In this document: positions 61,101-64,000 of the stretch, in pieces
How positions within the stretch are numbered: the stretch's first letter is position 1
How the letters are laid out: every line of letters starts with the position of its first letter
Notes under the pieces: model-generated
Database searches by the model: none
The model's input: the letters and a program-made list of their open reading frames with translations, nothing else
Told to the model about the DNA's origin: nothing
NCBI GenBank assembly: GCA_001599295.1
Contig: BCGN01000007.1
Coordinates: 632,433 to 696,432, forward strand
Source: Sporopachydermia quercuum
Taxonomy: Eukaryota
Direction: 5' to 3'
DNA length: 64,000 bases
Made by a program: the position numbers and the translations under genes

Positions 61101-62047
61101 GGAGGAGCACCGGGGTTCACAAACCCAGAATAACCGAATCCTGCGATGGGCTGCGGGGTGATTAACCCCGAAGTGTAGATCAGCGGGGGAATCACAGGTA
61201 CTCCGTTTAAAGTTGGCGGCATTGTGCTCCGAGAGGACTCATAATGATGTGGTAGAAATCCCGAATTGTCCGTGTAAGGGATGTTTTCATCCAAAGTTGT
61301 ATTTGTATCATGTTGCACTAAATGTTTGTGGTCTAATAACGTTGAGTTAACGTCAGGAAACAGCGACGAAAAGAGTGCAGTGTGGGAGTTCGGATCCCCA
61401 CCGGAAGGGTTGGCATTGGAGGGGTTGGCGGGGTCGTTGGTGTTGTGTTCCGAAGAAAGCTCCGCGGTTCCGGGAATTCCGGGGTGTGATTTACTTGATG
61501 TGGCTGAGTCTGGTGTTGCTGTTTGTGCTGTGCCATTTGTATTTGTATTTGAACTTGTACCATTCGTCCCGTTTGTAACTCTGGCCCTTTTGCGCACTCT
61601 TCGTGACGCAAAAGGAAAATTCGCATGCAGTTTCTGTTCGTGGCGCAGCAAAAGATCCCGCCGAGCAAAACAGCGCTGACAAACCTCGCACTGGAACGGT
61701 TTTTCGTTTGTGTGGGACAATTCGTGGCGCTTCAGGTGCTCTAAACGGGCAAAAGCTCGGGTGCATGTGGCGCAAATGTGAGGTTTAGGTTTATCTGGTT
61801 TTGGGGTTGTGGCTGAGGCTGAGGCCGAGTTTGGGGTTTTTTCTGTGGCTGCTTGACTTAAAGGGGAGACTGAGTTCGGAGTGGTGGTGTTTCTGTTTGA
61901 AATATTGGAGGGGTTCGAAGGGTTGGAAGAAGATATTGGGAGCGGANCAGATGTATTTGTGGAGGATATTCCGCTTATTAGTGGGGTATTCACAGAGCTA
62001 GGAGTGGGAAAGTTTGAGGATTTGTCGGCTGGAGAGACTTCCGTCAT
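58167..62047 (-). CDS. ADR1: Adr1/Mxr1-like C2H2 zinc-finger activator, split into two ORFs by a 35-bp duplication
   Basis: [57 protein letters not shown] and [10 protein letters not shown] motifs; the fungal TF middle region ([16 protein letters not shown]) continues in the 59807-58167 ORF. Close to RAD9, as in S. cerevisiae. Confidence 0.85.
59846..59915. repeat. Exact 35-bp tandem duplication
   Basis: CCGAGGCAACGGGAAGTTCAAAGAGGTATAAAGCA occurs at 59846-59880 and 59881-59915, followed by a further CCGA. Confidence 0.97.
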
Positions 62048-63268
62048 TGTTGCTGGTTCTATGAGGAGAAGGTATATTGAGACACAAAGCTGTGGTCTGT
62101 CGTTTATGGAATGTTCCTAATTCAGCAATCTGTGTAATACTGGGTTCGTCTTTGTGATTTGAGCTTTTCTTTGTAGTCTACGACCTGTGTACAAGGTTGC
62201 TACGCCTGGTGCGCAGTTTTTCGGTATTTCTTGGGCAAAAATTCGGCCAGATGCCAGTTTCTCTGGTGAAACCCACTACTTACCCCGCATAAACGACTTC
62301 CCAAACGGGTGAGAACAGGTCCAAAACTGTGAGGTTGATCAAGCAGGAAACCAGAAAGAACAATTGAAAAGTTTGCTGCAATCGTTGTATGGTTTTCCTT
62401 TCGTGTTTGCTGCTGTTCTGCTAAAGCTGACCCAAAATTTGAGATTCTGAACACAATATCCCTTTTATTTATCCACAAAACTTCAATAGTCTTTGTACAA
62501 TCGGATAAGTCCAAGTTTCTATCCTTTGACCGAGAAATTATCATATAAAGAGGAAAGGAAAGAGAAATTAAGCAGTAGAAGTTGAAAGAAAAAGCAGGAA
62601 ATTTTTGGTTGGGTTTTCGCGGTAATAATAATTGTGCAAAAGACTTTTACTTTGTGCCAGTTAAACGTTTAAGGAAGAAGGAAAGACACGCGAAACAAGG
62701 TTAAGCTTATGCTTAAGGTTTTAAGTTTTGATGCAGACCAGAAGCAGCAAAAGATTAATAGGGTGAAGTTTAACTGAAGCAATTTGTACGTAAGGGGAAA
62801 CGGAAAAAGAAAAAGAGAAGTAGAAGAATGAAAGGAACANGCAAGGCCAGAGAAGACAGAGATATAGACCGATTGTGTAGATGATATTCAATTCATCTCA
62901 GAAGCTGCACTGTATTATCTGTAAAATACTTATTAATCTTTTTCTCCTTGCTTAGAATTGTCTACGTTTGAGTGTTTGGGAGGTAGTTGGGAGAGTTAGT
63001 AGGTGTGTCTTCTTTTTTTTTTCAATATAAGTTTCTGATTTTTTTGTTCTCCTTCCTTTTCTTGGTTGCCTTTAATATGAATTCAGATTTTATTTTGTGC
63101 TAGGCACTGAAGATTATCGCGTGATTGGCTAATAGTTCTTTTTCTTTCTTTTGCCTAACCTATTACTGGCAGTTTTCAACCAATTCAATGTCGTTTTTAT
63201 CAAATTTAAGCATACTTTATAATAATAGATGAAAAGCTGGTTTTTAATGGGACTTTAGGCAGATAGAT

Positions 63269-63275
63269 TGAGTCA
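63269..63275. promoter_or_regulatory. TGAGTCA Gcn4/AP-1-type site in the long ADR1-like upstream region
   Basis: Exact match to the bZIP consensus; a single 7-mer could be chance. Confidence 0.25.
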
Positions 63276-64000
63276 TAATTTAACTGGGAGTTAAGTGGAA
63301 ATTGAGACTCCAACATCAAGGCAAGGGATTCCGGGTAAATCGTGGGTTCTGGGGTTACCGTTTTGATAAAACTGTGATAAACAGGCCGGAATTTTACGAC
63401 TAAGTGTTGGTCAATTATTGTGGGGATATGAAAATATCAATTTAACATTGGTAGAAAATAATACTGGTACGTTTCTTTCTTTTTCTTCCATCTTCATTGT
63501 GGAAAACCCCATAATAAACGGTCATCATCATTTCAAGAAAAGCATCAAACGCCGTTGAAACATTGGTATAACCTAGAATGTGGGGCAATTGAAATGATTT
63601 ACGTACAACATGTGGAAAATGAAAATACAGTTTGATCAAAAGTTGAATCTTATTTGAATATAGTAATGACTACTGTTTTTAGTAAATATTGAATGCGGGG
63701 AAACTACCGATTTAGTTCATGCTCCACAATTCAACCACCATCACCCACCCGAAAACAGTAAATTGTCCTCAACTTAATTTATCCTAAGTTGACCAAGAAT
63801 CCTAACGTTAACCGAATATTTATGTCCGAATAAAACTTTAATTGGGTTCTGCAACAAAATCTAATTAATCAACTTGTTTCAAACAAATTAATGTCAATCG
63901 ACCCTTTATTGACCAATTATAAGCAGTTTCATAAGGTAAATGCAACGAACAATAAAGAATATAGTAATTAACTTCATGGAAATAAGCTATCACCTGAAAT

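Overview
This is eukaryotic DNA from a budding yeast (Saccharomycotina); CTG sits at invariant Leu positions, which points to the standard code. Genes from left to right: the 5' end of an unidentified minus-strand gene, SAS10, RPC53 (intron), ATG9, about 8 kb of decayed retrotransposons (a Ty1/copia relic on + joined tail-to-tail to a Ty3/gypsy relic on -, plus LTR-like pieces), an intron-containing tRNA-Arg(ACG), POL4 (intron), a CTO1-like HAD hydrolase, BAS1, an RBP95/YCR016W-like WKF protein, full-length CAND1/TIP120, trimethyllysine dioxygenase, IGD1, a BUR2-like cyclin, a Zn2Cys6 factor, RAD9 (intron), a large unrecognised Asn/Cys-rich TPR-like gene and an ADR1/MXR1-like C2H2 factor. The most notable observations are: (1) an exact 35-bp tandem duplication that frameshifts the ADR1-like gene; (2) the retroelement graveyard, which could mark a low-recombination or centromeric region; (3) a sharp rise in CpG content after about 39 kb; (4) the orphan gene between RAD9 and ADR1. 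All gene names come from recalled motifs, not database searches. I cannot establish a new biological system from the sequence alone; the findings are leads.
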